64,000 nt of DNA, from positions 264,431-328,430 of the forward strand of contig OZ253456.1 in NCBI GenBank assembly GCA_965261225.1, in the 5' to 3' direction. This stretch comes from Dehalococcoidia bacterium. GTDB taxonomy: Bacteria > Chloroflexota > Dehalococcoidia > Bin125. Both the position numbers and the translations under genes were made by a program. Positions 1 through 9,529 of the stretch are shown here, in pieces; within the stretch, counting starts at the first letter, position 1, and every line of letters starts with the position of its first letter. The notes beneath the pieces were generated by a model. It made no database searches. It was not told where the DNA came from and saw only the letters and a program-made list of their open reading frames with translations.

Positions 1-988
1 CAGCAATCTTGATATAGGCGTTCGCGGTCGTCTTGGACTTGTCGCGAACAGTCACCGAGTACACGCTGGGCGGCAAGGTCGTGAATGTCGCCGTTTTGGT
101 GACGTCGGTCTCCGGGAAGTTGGAATCGTACGAGGCCTGCACCTCGTACTCGCGGTCGGAGATCAGACCTCGCAACCCAAACTCGATCGACGACTCGCCC
201 GGCAGAACCGCCTTCTTGGTGTTCCTCCAGCTATCGGTACCAGTGCGGAAGCGCAGATGCACCAAAGAGCCATTGGCAGCCGCAACGCCGACAAGGACAG
301 TCGCCGTTGTCTGTCCTTCGTCACTGACACTGATCGATTGCACGCTCGGCAGCAGCGTCGTGAAGATGTCTGACTTCTTTGCGTCCGCGTCGTTGAAGGT
401 GTTGTCGAAGGACGCTTCGATGGTGTACCTCGTGCCGGAGATCAGGTCGGTGAGAACGAACTCGTGCGAGGTGGCGAGAAGCGGGACAATCTCCGACTCG
501 GTCTCCCAGTTGGACTCGCCGTCCGCCCGATATTGGATGTAGACCCGGGCAGTGCCGTTGGGCTCCGTGACGTACACGGTGATCTTCGCGCCGGTCTGCG
601 ACCCTTCACTGGCAACGACTGAATCCACGCTCGGCGGGTTAGTCGCGAACTTGCCGGCCACGGTCCCGTCAGTTGGGAAGCCGCTGTCCAGCGAGGCCTC
701 AAGCTCGTAGTCGGTACCGGAAGTGAGTCCGCTCAGCGGGAAGTCAGCGAATGCATCGGTCGTGTCTACCGGCTCAGTTGCCTCCCAGGCCGCGTCCTTG
801 ACCCGATAGCGGAGATGAACCTGCTTCGAGTCGCCATTGGGCGCGCTGATCACGGCCTGGATGGTGGCTTCGGTCTGCGTCTTAGCGATCGCGCCGACCG
901 ACTCGATGGCCGGCGGCAGCGTCGTGAAACTGGTCGTCTTCGTGCGGTTGGTGGGGAACGTACTGACGTAAGAGGCCTCAACGTTGTA
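1..988 (-). pseudogene. Downstream FN3-type repeat portion of the large surface-protein gene. It is in the same frame as 989..3799 but lies beyond an in-frame TAG (989-991) and runs off the window start.
   Basis: Hand translation of the minus strand gives continuous FN3-like sequence (..QTGAKITVYVTEPNGTARVYIQYRADGESNWETESEIV.., ..SVTVRDKSKTTANAYIKIA) with no further stops; the codon phase is identical to ORF 989..3907. Confidence 0.6.
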
Positions 989-3799
989 CTAACGGTCCGA
1001 GGTCAGCCCGGTGAGTGGGAACTCAACCGACTCGACGCCAGATGCTCCGGGGAGCGAGGTTGTGGTCCAGTTCTCGGGATCCGAGACGAGCGCGTAGCGC
1101 ATGTGAACGTCTGTGTCGTTGGCCCCACTGACATTCACCGTGACCGTCGCCTCAGTCTGGGTGATGGAATCCTCATCCACTTCGACCGAGACCACGACAG
1201 GAGGCGAGGACCAGCCCGAATACTGGCGGTTGTTGTGCAGCGGGTAGGCGAGCAGACTGTCCCTGATGCTCGTCGAGGTGGTGTTGGAGCTGACCCAGAT
1301 AACGTGGCCGTCCGACCAGAATCCCTTGATTGTGCCGTGACCCTGAGACAACGTGACGTCGTGCACGTGGATATGGTGTGCGTTCGCCGGACCGTCCGAC
1401 AGATCAAGCGCAAACAGTTTCTTAGTGGAGCACTGCGTCGCCAGGTACAGCAGGCTCCGCGACGTATCGTGCCAGATGCCTACGACCTGATCGTGCTGAC
1501 AGATCGAGCTCGGTACAACGATGTCTTTGCCGAGCTCGCGCTCCCCCGTGGATGCGTTGTACGCGAACAAGGTGTCGCGCCCCGAGCCCGCAGCCCAGAA
1601 CGTCGAGCCGTCGCCGAAGAACGCCTCGGCCTCGGGAAGCTGCTTGCGGTCTACTCCACCTGGGTAACCCGGAGGTCGCATGTCCCCACTTGTTTGCACG
1701 ACCTCACTTGAGAGAAACGCGCCGTCCGATTTTCGGTATGGGACGAACCCGACTTCTTCGGCATGATTGATGTGTTCGATGTGATTCGCGGTCACCGTCC
1801 AGATGCGTGTGGCGTCGCCCCAGAGGCCGCCGTCCACGTCGGTGTAAATAGCCGTCGGGACACTGGTCGAGTCATTGTGCGCCGTGATGTCATCTTCGGC
1901 TTGTGCCGCGCCGGACGCCAGATCGTATGCGAAGAGTTTGTTGTCGGTCTCGTGCACAACCCAGATCGTGTCGCCGTCCGACCAGACGCCATGGGCGGAA
2001 TTGTCGACGAGCGTTCCCGAAGTCAGCTCGATATCGCGCAGCGCCGCGCAGCGATCGGTGGCGTAGTAGACGGCGCGGACTCGGTAGTGGTAGGTCGTGT
2101 CGGATTCGACGGTGTTGTCGAGGAAGCTGGTCGAGTCCGCGTCGACGCAGGTCAGGAAGGCGAAGGCGCCGTCGACGGATCGCTCGATCTCGTACTGGTA
2201 AACGTTCTGTCGCAGGCCGTTGGTGAGCGGCGTCGGCGGTGGTCCCCAACTGAGCCGCGTGCCGTCGGTCTCGTCGGCACGGGCGAAGCTCGTCGGACCG
2301 GCGCCGCCGTCGGCCACGGTGACCATCACATCGGGCAGTGTGATGACGTCATACTCAACCGAACTGCCGCCGATCGTATGGGCCAACTGGAGGCCGATGT
2401 CCTCGGTCACGGAGTCCGCGGCTGCTCTGACAATCACGTACTGCGGCGTCTCCCAGTTCGACGGGGTAATGGTGAGCTCTGTGGCGCTCAGGGTCACTAC
2501 TCCAGGCGAGGTGGAAATGGAAATAGTCACCGTGCCCGAGGGTTCGGAAATGATCGCAGCCTGGTAGTAGCCCTGGCCACCCTCGGGAACCGTGATATCG
2601 ATGGGGTTGATGATCCCACCGGTGTCGTCGTCGATCACGGTCGTCACGACATCGATGGATGTCCCCACATATAGGGGGCCGGAACCGGAGGCGCCTGAGA
2701 TTGTGATCGTCACCTCGTCGTTGGCGCCGTCGTCGTCACTACTGGCGCTGACGATCACCGTCTCACCCGTCGCCCAGTTCGACTCTTCGAACCTGATCCG
2801 CGCCGGGTTGACCGTCACATCGCCGCCGGCGTCGATCCGCATTTCGACATAGGGGGTATCGCTCGGTGCTACCGCCCTTGGCTTGCTGCAGAGCGAGATA
2901 GTGAACGTAGCTGTCTCACTCTCGGGAATGTAGAGACGCTCGGGATAGATCCTGACGCACGCCCCCGTCGCTTCGTCGTCCGCAATGTCCACTCTCACTG
3001 AAGGTCCTGAAAGGCCGTTGTAGCTGGCTTCGCTGCTGGAGCTCGCGAAGCTGACGCTGATCGTGGGGCGCTGATCCCACGGATTTCGCACCTGATCGTC
3101 CGTGGCGGTCACAGTGAACTGTTGCGGCGTGCTCCAATCGGTGCTGGTAAAGGTCAGCGTCGACGGGTCGATTGTGGCCCACTGGGTGTGGCTGACGGTC
3201 CCGCTGACCGTCACATCCGCTGTCGGCGGAGCTTCCAGCCGCACATCAATTGTCCCTGTGTGGCCCTCGGCGAAGCGCATCCGAGCCGGCGACGTGCTGA
3301 TCCCAGGGTCGTCGTCGTCTTCGATTGCCACCCTCACGGTCTGCACGTCCACGCTCAGGTACTCTGACGCGCTGCCAATCTTGATCGCGTGGGTGATGGT
3401 GGCTATGCCGTCGTTCGCATCCGCGTCATCCACGCCGTTGACGGTGATCTCCTGCGAACCGCGCCACCTCGTGGGCGTGAACTTGACCTCCGTCGGGTGG
3501 ACCGTGACGCCCTCACCGGCGCTGATGACGACTGTCATGTCAGCGCTCGGCGCGCTTCGTAGGTAGAGCCAATACCTGCCGCTGCTGCCTTCGTCGATCG
3601 TCAGATTAGTCGGGGTGACCAGCACCTCAACCTGGGTCGACTGAAAGGGTGCAGGGCCATCACTGGTGGATATGTCCGAGGACGCCGTGTCGAGGCCCTG
3701 GCCATGCACGGACCAGGTACCGGACAGCATGGCGCCGAGCAGGGCTGCGCCGGCGACTCCCACAAGCAGCCGCGTCGCGCGGGCGCTGCTCACTTCCAT
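989..3799 (-). CDS. Large secreted surface protein: Sec signal peptide, Ig/cadherin-like beta-sandwich repeats, W-S-D-G-x-x-I-W-V beta-propeller-like repeats, FN3. Terminated by TAG at a position that is Glu in paralogous repeats.
   Basis: ORF 989..3907; likely start at Met37 (MEVSSARATRLLVGVAGAALLGAMLSGTWSVHG signal peptide). Repeats FWSDGHVIWVSS / WSDGDTIWVVHETDNKLFAYDL are shared with the 12302..18955 protein. It ends ..FPLTGLTSDR*, whereas paralogous repeats read LISDREYEVQASY. Confidence 0.7.
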   Translation of the reverse strand: MEVSSARATRLLVGVAGAALLGAMLSGTWSVHGQGLDTASSDISTSDGPAPFQSTQVEVLVTPTNLTIDEGSSGRYWLYLRSAPSADMTVVISAGEGVTVHPTEVKFTPTRWRGSQEITVNGVDDADANDGIATITHAIKIGSASEYLSVDVQTVRVAIEDDDDPGISTSPARMRFAEGHTGTIDVRLEAPPTADVTVSGTVSHTQWATIDPSTLTFTSTDWSTPQQFTVTATDDQVRNPWDQRPTISVSFASSSSEASYNGLSGPSVRVDIADDEATGACVRIYPERLYIPESETATFTISLCSKPRAVAPSDTPYVEMRIDAGGDVTVNPARIRFEESNWATGETVIVSASSDDDGANDEVTITISGASGSGPLYVGTSIDVVTTVIDDDTGGIINPIDITVPEGGQGYYQAAIISEPSGTVTISISTSPGVVTLSATELTITPSNWETPQYVIVRAAADSVTEDIGLQLAHTIGGSSVEYDVITLPDVMVTVADGGAGPTSFARADETDGTRLSWGPPPTPLTNGLRQNVYQYEIERSVDGAFAFLTCVDADSTSFLDNTVESDTTYHYRVRAVYYATDRCAALRDIELTSGTLVDNSAHGVWSDGDTIWVVHETDNKLFAYDLASGAAQAEDDITAHNDSTSVPTAIYTDVDGGLWGDATRIWTVTANHIEHINHAEEVGFVPYRKSDGAFLSSEVVQTSGDMRPPGYPGGVDRKQLPEAEAFFGDGSTFWAAGSGRDTLFAYNASTGERELGKDIVVPSSICQHDQVVGIWHDTSRSLLYLATQCSTKKLFALDLSDGPANAHHIHVHDVTLSQGHGTIKGFWSDGHVIWVSSNTTSTSIRDSLLAYPLHNNRQYSGWSSPPVVVSVEVDEDSITQTEATVTVNVSGANDTDVHMRYALVSDPENWTTTSLPGASGVESVEFPLTGLTSDR

Positions 3800-3854
3800 A
3801 ACGCCCCGGCACATCAGCCGTGCCCATCGCGAGAGTTGACGCATCATTCGCCGG

Positions 3855-3890
3855 TCTCCACAAGCTCCACAATCTCCACAAGCTCCACAA
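3855..3890. repeat. Four tandem 9-bp direct repeats CTCCACAA(G/T) in the upstream region of the surface-protein gene.
   Basis: ctccacaag ctccacaat ctccacaag ctccacaat, read directly; it lies 56-91 nt upstream of the proposed ATG at 3797-3799. Confidence 0.8.
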
Positions 3891-4220
3891 TGAAGCCGAT
3901 GCCCCACTATAGGCAGATTTTTCCGTTATGTAAGTGCCGGAGAGAGGTTCTTTTGTCACCTGGTGAGCCTCGAAACGGTCGCCGAGGTGTTCGAATCGGA
4001 ACAGCCACACATCGTCGCGCTGCACGAAGCGCCTGGGGGATGGGCGGCCAACGGCTCTATGGACGCGCTTCGCCTGTGGCCTCGCCACAGGACAGAACCA
4101 GGGCAATGTGGTCCTCAGCCACGGTCGGGCCTGGGAGGCCGCCATCCGCCGAAGGCGCCACCGGTGGTGTTGAAACTCAAAGTCCCGCGCCCCGTGCGGG
4201 GCGTCGTCTCGGCCCGCAAC

Positions 4221-5054
4221 TCAGACGGGAAGCTCGTGCCTCTGCTCCGCGATCCGGAACCGGATCTTGTCGCTGGGCGACTGTGACGGGAACGAGTTGA
4301 TCAATCGCTTGGGAGGCTCGGAGGCCATCTCGAACCTGAAGTAATGCGCCAGCATCAGTAGGTTGAGCGCCAACTGCACCTCGGACCAGCGGAGACCCAT
4401 GCAGGCATGAGTACCGAGTCCGTACGGGGCGTCGCCGGTACCGAGATGCTCGTTGCGAGGCGGCAGATAGCGGTCAATGTCGAACTTCCACGGATCGGGG
4501 AACACGTCCTCCATGTAGTGCGCCGCCGTCGAGGCAATCACGACTCGGGCGCCCAGGGGCAGTTCAAAGCCGTCGACCACGCACGTATTCATCACGTGGC
4601 GCATCGCCATCGCGACGATCGGGTACATCCGCAGTGTTTCCATCAGCAATCGATGCGTCACGTCGATCTTCTCGGGTCGCAGATCAGCGCCGTTCGCATC
4701 GCCATCGGCAAATAGCGCGTCGGCCTCTGCAGTGACCCGCTCGTACAGCTCAGGGTGCGTGACCATGGCGTAGACGGCGAACCCCAGTTGGTCGCCGAGG
4801 TACATGCTCGCCATCAACATCGTGCCCAGGGGCACGTTCAAGTCCGACTCCGGCAAGAACTGCGGATCGCTCGCGTTGAGGGCGAGGTAGCCATCCGCTA
4901 CGTCGCGCGGCTGCCCACGCCGTTGGGCCGGCGAGTGGGTCCTCTGGATCCGCACGATCAACTCGTCCACGGCCTTCGCGCGTCGTCTGGTCGATGGCGT
5001 GTGCAGCATGAACCCCGGCAAGACCTTCAAGAGACCGACATTCAGCGCGCGCAT
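4221..5054 (-). pseudogene. Cytochrome P450, C-terminal ~277 aa only (I-helix, K-helix, heme-binding loop); the N-terminal ~200 aa are missing.
   Basis: PYGLGTHACMG heme-ligand loop and LPGFMLHTPSTRRRAKAVDELI..DVADGYLAL..TMLMASMYLGDQ I-helix region. The ORF begins inside the fold; only ~40 aa of a possible N-terminal remnant (KAPMRHLLFNRRLREGNFPALLADLAKRHAG) sit in the preceding ORF in another frame. Confidence 0.6.
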
Positions 5055-5070
5055 CTTGTAGTCGATGACT

Positions 5071-5877
5071 TCATTGATAATGTCCTGCGTGTCGCTTGGC
5101 GAGGTCCGCGAGCAACGCGGGAAAGTTGCCCTCGCGAAGGCGCCGGTTGAACAGCAAGTGACGCATTGGCGCCTTCGGAATCGGCTTGGTCAGGGATGGG
5201 CGTTGCAGCAGCGGAGCGGCCACGCTCTCGGTGACCGATTCGATGATGGACCTGCTGATCACATCCAGTTTGCAAACAACCGCAATCCGAGCCTCTGATT
5301 CCTCTTCGAGCTCGAACATCAAGTAGAAGACGTCACAGGCGTTCACGAGACTGATGATGATCACGTCCCGCGGGTCGGGAATCTCGTTCTCAAAGATGAC
5401 CTTGCTGATCCGCGTACGGACGAAATCGACCACCGTGCCGTCGCGGGAGTTCAGGTACTCGTCCAACTGGCCCAGATTGGGCGCCAGCGTCCAAAACTCG
5501 CCGGCATGGTGCTTCAGGATCTCGTTATCAACCAGACGCTCCAGCGTCTGGTCGATAATCATTTCCGTATGCGGCGCGAGCCGCTCAATCCAATACTGGA
5601 CGTTGTGTTGACCAGGCTCGCTGGCTATCTCGCGCTGGATCAAGTCCAGGGAGGCGTCGTCCGTCTCTGTGTCGTCCAGCAGGATCAACGAGTCAAGGTC
5701 CGAGTCTATGCGTGACATGAGCGACAGTTCCGCGAGCGCCGCGCCGGCGATCACGCAGTTCAGGGTCCAACCCGGTACCGGTTGAAAGAACCCGCTCTCT
5801 TCGTTAAGGAGCATCAAAATCAGATCCTCAGTTAAGCTGAGCGTCTTGGTAATCGTGTCTCCGGTGGCGGTTGTCAT
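5071..5877 (-). CDS. GPP34-family (Golgi phosphoprotein 3-like) protein with a C-terminal extension that may be a fused P450 N-terminal remnant.
   Basis: LSLTEDLILMLLNEESGFF..PGWTLNCVIAGAALAELSLM is typical of bacterial GPP34 proteins; start taken at MTTATGD. Confidence 0.5.
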   Translation of the reverse strand: MTTATGDTITKTLSLTEDLILMLLNEESGFFQPVPGWTLNCVIAGAALAELSLMSRIDSDLDSLILLDDTETDDASLDLIQREIASEPGQHNVQYWIERLAPHTEMIIDQTLERLVDNEILKHHAGEFWTLAPNLGQLDEYLNSRDGTVVDFVRTRISKVIFENEIPDPRDVIIISLVNACDVFYLMFELEEESEARIAVVCKLDVISRSIIESVTESVAAPLLQRPSLTKPIPKAPMRHLLFNRRLREGNFPALLADLAKRHAGHYQ

Positions 5878-6195
5878 TGATTCTTCCGGCCGACTTCGCA
5901 CTCTAGATAGTCGTTTGGTATAGCAAACTCCAGAGCAGTCCAACTGGGAACGAATCGTCCATTGGCCTTGGAAGTTATGTGTCGAGAACGCCGTAGCAGA
6001 CTGGTGCGAACCAAGTGGATGGGTGTTTGGAAGCCGGCGTTCCGCACCAAGTCACGCGAACTGCTGGCTGGATATCCGCTCGAGCAACTCAACTACATCG
6101 CGTTGCGACACAAGAGTGTGTAGCCGCGAAAATCCACCGACCTGCTCGCGGGTCCGCGACAATCTACGCTTTCATACACCGAGGAAGATTCTGTC

Positions 6196-6819
6196 ATGCA
6201 GTTTCGGCAGCGCGACACGGAAGCCATCGCTCGCGGAGAGCAAACCCTAACCTTCCGGCGTTGGCGCCGACCGCAAGCTCGATCGGGCGGCCGCTACCGC
6301 GTTGGCCCGTACGTCATTGAGGTCACGTCAGTTAAGCAGATCGATCCGTCGCAGATTTCGACCGAGGATGCACGCGCAGCCGGTCACGACTCGCCCGAGG
6401 ACGCCCTCGCTGCGATTCGTCGAAATCAACGCAAGTCGGGCGACACGAACGCACCGCTCTATCGGGTCGCGTTCCGCTGTTTGGGAGAACAAGCCGATCC
6501 GCGCAGCATCCTGGCCGCCGACTCCGGCCTCAAGTCGGACGAACTGAGCGCCTTCACCGAGCGCCTCGCAAAGATGGACGCACGCGCCCAACGCGGACCG
6601 TGGACGCGGGCCGCGCTAGAGGCAATCTCTTCCGATTCGGGTCGTCGTGCCGCCGAACTGGCCGCCGCACAAGGCCGCGAGACCGCGAAGTTCAAGGCCG
6701 ACGTGCGCAAGCTTAAAGCGCTCGGCCTCACGATCAGCCTCGAGGTTGGATACGAACTCTCACCGAGAGGACGCGTCGTCCTCGACGCGCTACAAGCAGC
6801 CGCGCCGGCGACCGATTAG
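6196..6819 (+). CDS. ASCH-domain-like hypothetical protein.
   Basis: IARGEQTLTFRRWRR resembles the ASCH GxKxxExR motif; plausible codon usage; 207 aa. Confidence 0.45.
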   Translation: MQFRQRDTEAIARGEQTLTFRRWRRPQARSGGRYRVGPYVIEVTSVKQIDPSQISTEDARAAGHDSPEDALAAIRRNQRKSGDTNAPLYRVAFRCLGEQADPRSILAADSGLKSDELSAFTERLAKMDARAQRGPWTRAALEAISSDSGRRAAELAAAQGRETAKFKADVRKLKALGLTISLEVGYELSPRGRVVLDALQAAAPATD

Positions 6820-7223
6820 GTCTGACGCGACTCGACGATCTCGCGAGCGGCGCTGACGACACGCGGGACGATCGCGGCGACTTCATCTTCGTCGAGCGCG
6901 TTGGCAACGGACGGGTAACCCGCACGCTCGATCATCGACCGCAGACGCCCGCGCTCGAAGACGTTCAACGTCCAATCGAGGGAGTCGCCTGCAGCCGTCA
7001 GGTCGAGCATGTGACGCTCGTCGTCTGCCTCGGGTCCGTAGTGGTAGTGAGGCGCGACGCGGAAGCAATCGAAGCGAAGCAGCTCCGTGTCATGTCCCTC
7101 GACATCGGCGCGGACTTCGATGCAAAGCCCCTCATCACCCGCGATGTCGTCGCGGTAGCGCATGGCAAAGGCGATCGCGCCTGCGTCAATTTGTGCCTGA
7201 TCTGCGGCAAGGTCTTCAGTCAT
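6816..7223 (-). CDS. Hypothetical acidic protein.
   Basis: 135-aa ORF with coding-like composition; no recognisable motif. Confidence 0.35.
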   Translation of the reverse strand: MTEDLAADQAQIDAGAIAFAMRYRDDIAGDEGLCIEVRADVEGHDTELLRFDCFRVAPHYHYGPEADDERHMLDLTAAGDSLDWTLNVFERGRLRSMIERAGYPSVANALDEDEVAAIVPRVVSAAREIVESRQT

Positions 7224-7578
7224 AATTCGTCTCCTGGCCCTGCCGCGTCTTCAGATCGGCGCTCACGGCAGGATGCAACCCTGCGCACCCAACTCCGGAG
7301 GACGGTGTGCTGTCCTCCGAGCCAAGGGCGCGGGAAATCAAGCTAGCACAGCCGACGAAGGCGCATCGCGTTAGGTCTGATCTACGGCAGACGCGTTCAC
7401 GCCTCGCTAGATTGACCGCACGACTCTAGGAGGAATAACCGTTGGAGGATCGGCACGGGAATGCTCTGATCAACCCAGTTCCTTGATTCCCCGCTCGAGG
7501 GGGAAGTTGCCGAAGCTGAAGAGGGTGTCTCAGAGGCAACCCGACCTCCATCTCCGTCATACCCGCGCTCCGTCGCGG

Positions 7579-7702
7579 GTATCTCGCCGAGTGCCGCACG
7601 GACCCTCGAACCTGAGCAACAGCGACAGCTTCGATCGCACAGGAGGCTCCCGGCTTCCGTGCCGAGCACAGCGAGATACCCGCGGCGGAGCGCGGGTATG
7701 AC
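7579..7702. repeat. Nested palindromic element: two ~32-bp inverted copies (cgtcatacccgcgctccgtcgcgggtatctcg / cgagatacccgcggcggagcgcgggtatgacg), each itself a GC hairpin, separated by ~60 bp.
   Basis: Read directly. It lies between the BVMO 3' end and the upstream end of the 6816..7223 gene. Confidence 0.7.
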
Positions 7703-7776
7703 GAATTTCGTTCTACTGAGACAGCCTCTAAAGGGGGTCCCCGATCGGCCTCGAACGCCAGTGACTCGGAAGATTC

Positions 7777-9408
7777 CTAAGTCAACTGGAATCCCTCGTA
7801 GCCGTTCGCCGCGACCTCCTCGAGACGCTGCCGATAGCGCGGCGCTCCGCCCGGGTAGATCTGGTAGCGGATGGTGTCGTGACCGTCGACGTTGGAGTTG
7901 TAGCCGGTGAACCAGCTCTTGACCTTGCTCATCAGCTGGAACTGGTACATCTCCTGGACGTGCTGCAGCCACTCCAACTCGGCCGCTTCGCGTGATTCGA
8001 CGCGGCGATAGCCGTGCTCGCGCATGTAACAGACCAGGTCCGTGATCCAGTCGACGGACGTCTCGATGCCGCGTGGGAAGTTGGTCGAGACGGAGCCGCC
8101 CTGCGGCCCGGTCAGCATGAGCAGGTTGGGAAAACCCGAGGTCTGCATTCCGAGGAACGTGTCGGGGCCGTCGGACCACTTGTCACGCAGCGCGACACCG
8201 CCGGCGCCGGTGAAGTTGATCCGGTCGAACGCTCCGGTGATCGCATCGAAGCCGGTTGCGTAGATGATCAGGTCAAACTCGAATTCCTGATACGAGGTCT
8301 GGACGCCGCTGGGCGTGATCCGCTCGATCGGCGTCTCGTTGATGTCGATCAGGTGCACGTTGTCGCGGTTGTAGGCCTCGAAGTAGTGCGTTTCCAGCGG
8401 CACGCGACGAGTGCCGAAGCCATGGTCTTTGGGGATCAGTTTCTCGGCGGTCAGCGGGTCGTGGACGCGCTCGCGGATCTTGTTGGCGATGAATTCGGAG
8501 TACTCGGCGTTGGCTTCCTCATTGATGCCGACATCGATGAAGTTACTGAACCAGACGCTGAATCCGGGAGAAGCGTAGATCTGCTCCCACAGTGCGAAGC
8601 GCTCCTCCTCGGGCACATCGCGGAACTTGCGCGGATCGGGACCGTGGATGAACCCTCCAGGGGTCTGTTTGCAGAGTTCGAAGATTTCGTCGTAGGAAGC
8701 CTTGATCTCGGCCATCGTGGCCTCGTCGATGGGCGCGTTGTGCAGCGGAGCGCACCAGTTGGGACGGCGCTGGAACACGGTCAGATCGCCGACCTTGTCG
8801 GCAATCTCCGAGATCACCTGGACGCCAGTCGCGCCCGTGCCAATCACGGCGACACGCTTGTTCGCCAGCTCGACCGGATCGTGCGGCCAGTAGTACGTGT
8901 GCCAGGCCTCGCCTTCGAAGCTCTCGACGCCTTCAATGCGAGGCAGGGTGGCGGCCGAGAGCATGCCGATCGCGGTGAGCAGGAAGCGGCCCGTGATCTC
9001 GCGGCCGTCCTCCAGATACACAGTCCAGAAGCTCTGGTCCTCGTCGAACGACGCGCCTGCAACCTTGCAGCCGAACTGCATGTGGCGGCGCAGATCGAAC
9101 TTGTCGACCACGTGATTGAGGTAGCGCAGGGTTTCGGGCTGCCCGGCGAAGTGCTCGCTCCACTCCCACTCTTCGAGCAGCTCCTTGGAGAATGAGTAGC
9201 CGTAGGTGTAACTCTCCGAGTCGAAGCGGGCGCCCGGGTAACGATTCCAGTACCAGGTCCCGCCCGGTCCGTCCGCGGCTTCGAGCACGGTGGCGTCGAT
9301 GCCCAGTTCTTGCAGCCGATACATCTGGTAGATGCCGGCAACGCCGGCGCCAATGATGATCGCTTCGTGCTGGGGTTGGTCCTGATCCGTCATGGCGTGC
9401 TCCTTCAT
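7777..9408 (-). CDS. Baeyer-Villiger (cyclohexanone-type) flavin monooxygenase.
   Basis: GAGVAGIY FAD-binding motif, BVMO fingerprint FEGEAWHTYYWP, second Rossmann GTGATGVQ; 543 aa; TAG stop. Confidence 0.85.
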   Translation of the reverse strand: MKEHAMTDQDQPQHEAIIIGAGVAGIYQMYRLQELGIDATVLEAADGPGGTWYWNRYPGARFDSESYTYGYSFSKELLEEWEWSEHFAGQPETLRYLNHVVDKFDLRRHMQFGCKVAGASFDEDQSFWTVYLEDGREITGRFLLTAIGMLSAATLPRIEGVESFEGEAWHTYYWPHDPVELANKRVAVIGTGATGVQVISEIADKVGDLTVFQRRPNWCAPLHNAPIDEATMAEIKASYDEIFELCKQTPGGFIHGPDPRKFRDVPEEERFALWEQIYASPGFSVWFSNFIDVGINEEANAEYSEFIANKIRERVHDPLTAEKLIPKDHGFGTRRVPLETHYFEAYNRDNVHLIDINETPIERITPSGVQTSYQEFEFDLIIYATGFDAITGAFDRINFTGAGGVALRDKWSDGPDTFLGMQTSGFPNLLMLTGPQGGSVSTNFPRGIETSVDWITDLVCYMREHGYRRVESREAAELEWLQHVQEMYQFQLMSKVKSWFTGYNSNVDGHDTIRYQIYPGGAPRYRQRLEEVAANGYEGFQLT

Positions 9409-9529
9409 TCCGGCTTGGCCTGAGGCTAGTCCTTCGGCAAGTCAGTCAGCAACAGGCGGCATGGGCAAGTCGCTACGGGATGAGAGCATCCCGACGCGCT
9501 ATGTTGTCGATCCGGACCGGCGGTGACCT

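Noticed and set aside
1763-2674. Long plus-strand ORFs antisense to the surface-protein gene (also 8014..9195, 19201..20145, 19694..20653, 40298..41581, 51518..52198)
   Set aside because: Typical spurious open frames opposite real genes in high-GC DNA. They have Arg/Ala/Gly-rich junk composition and no motifs.
7397-8179. 260-aa minus-strand ORF
   Set aside because: It overlaps the BVMO gene in another frame; junk composition.
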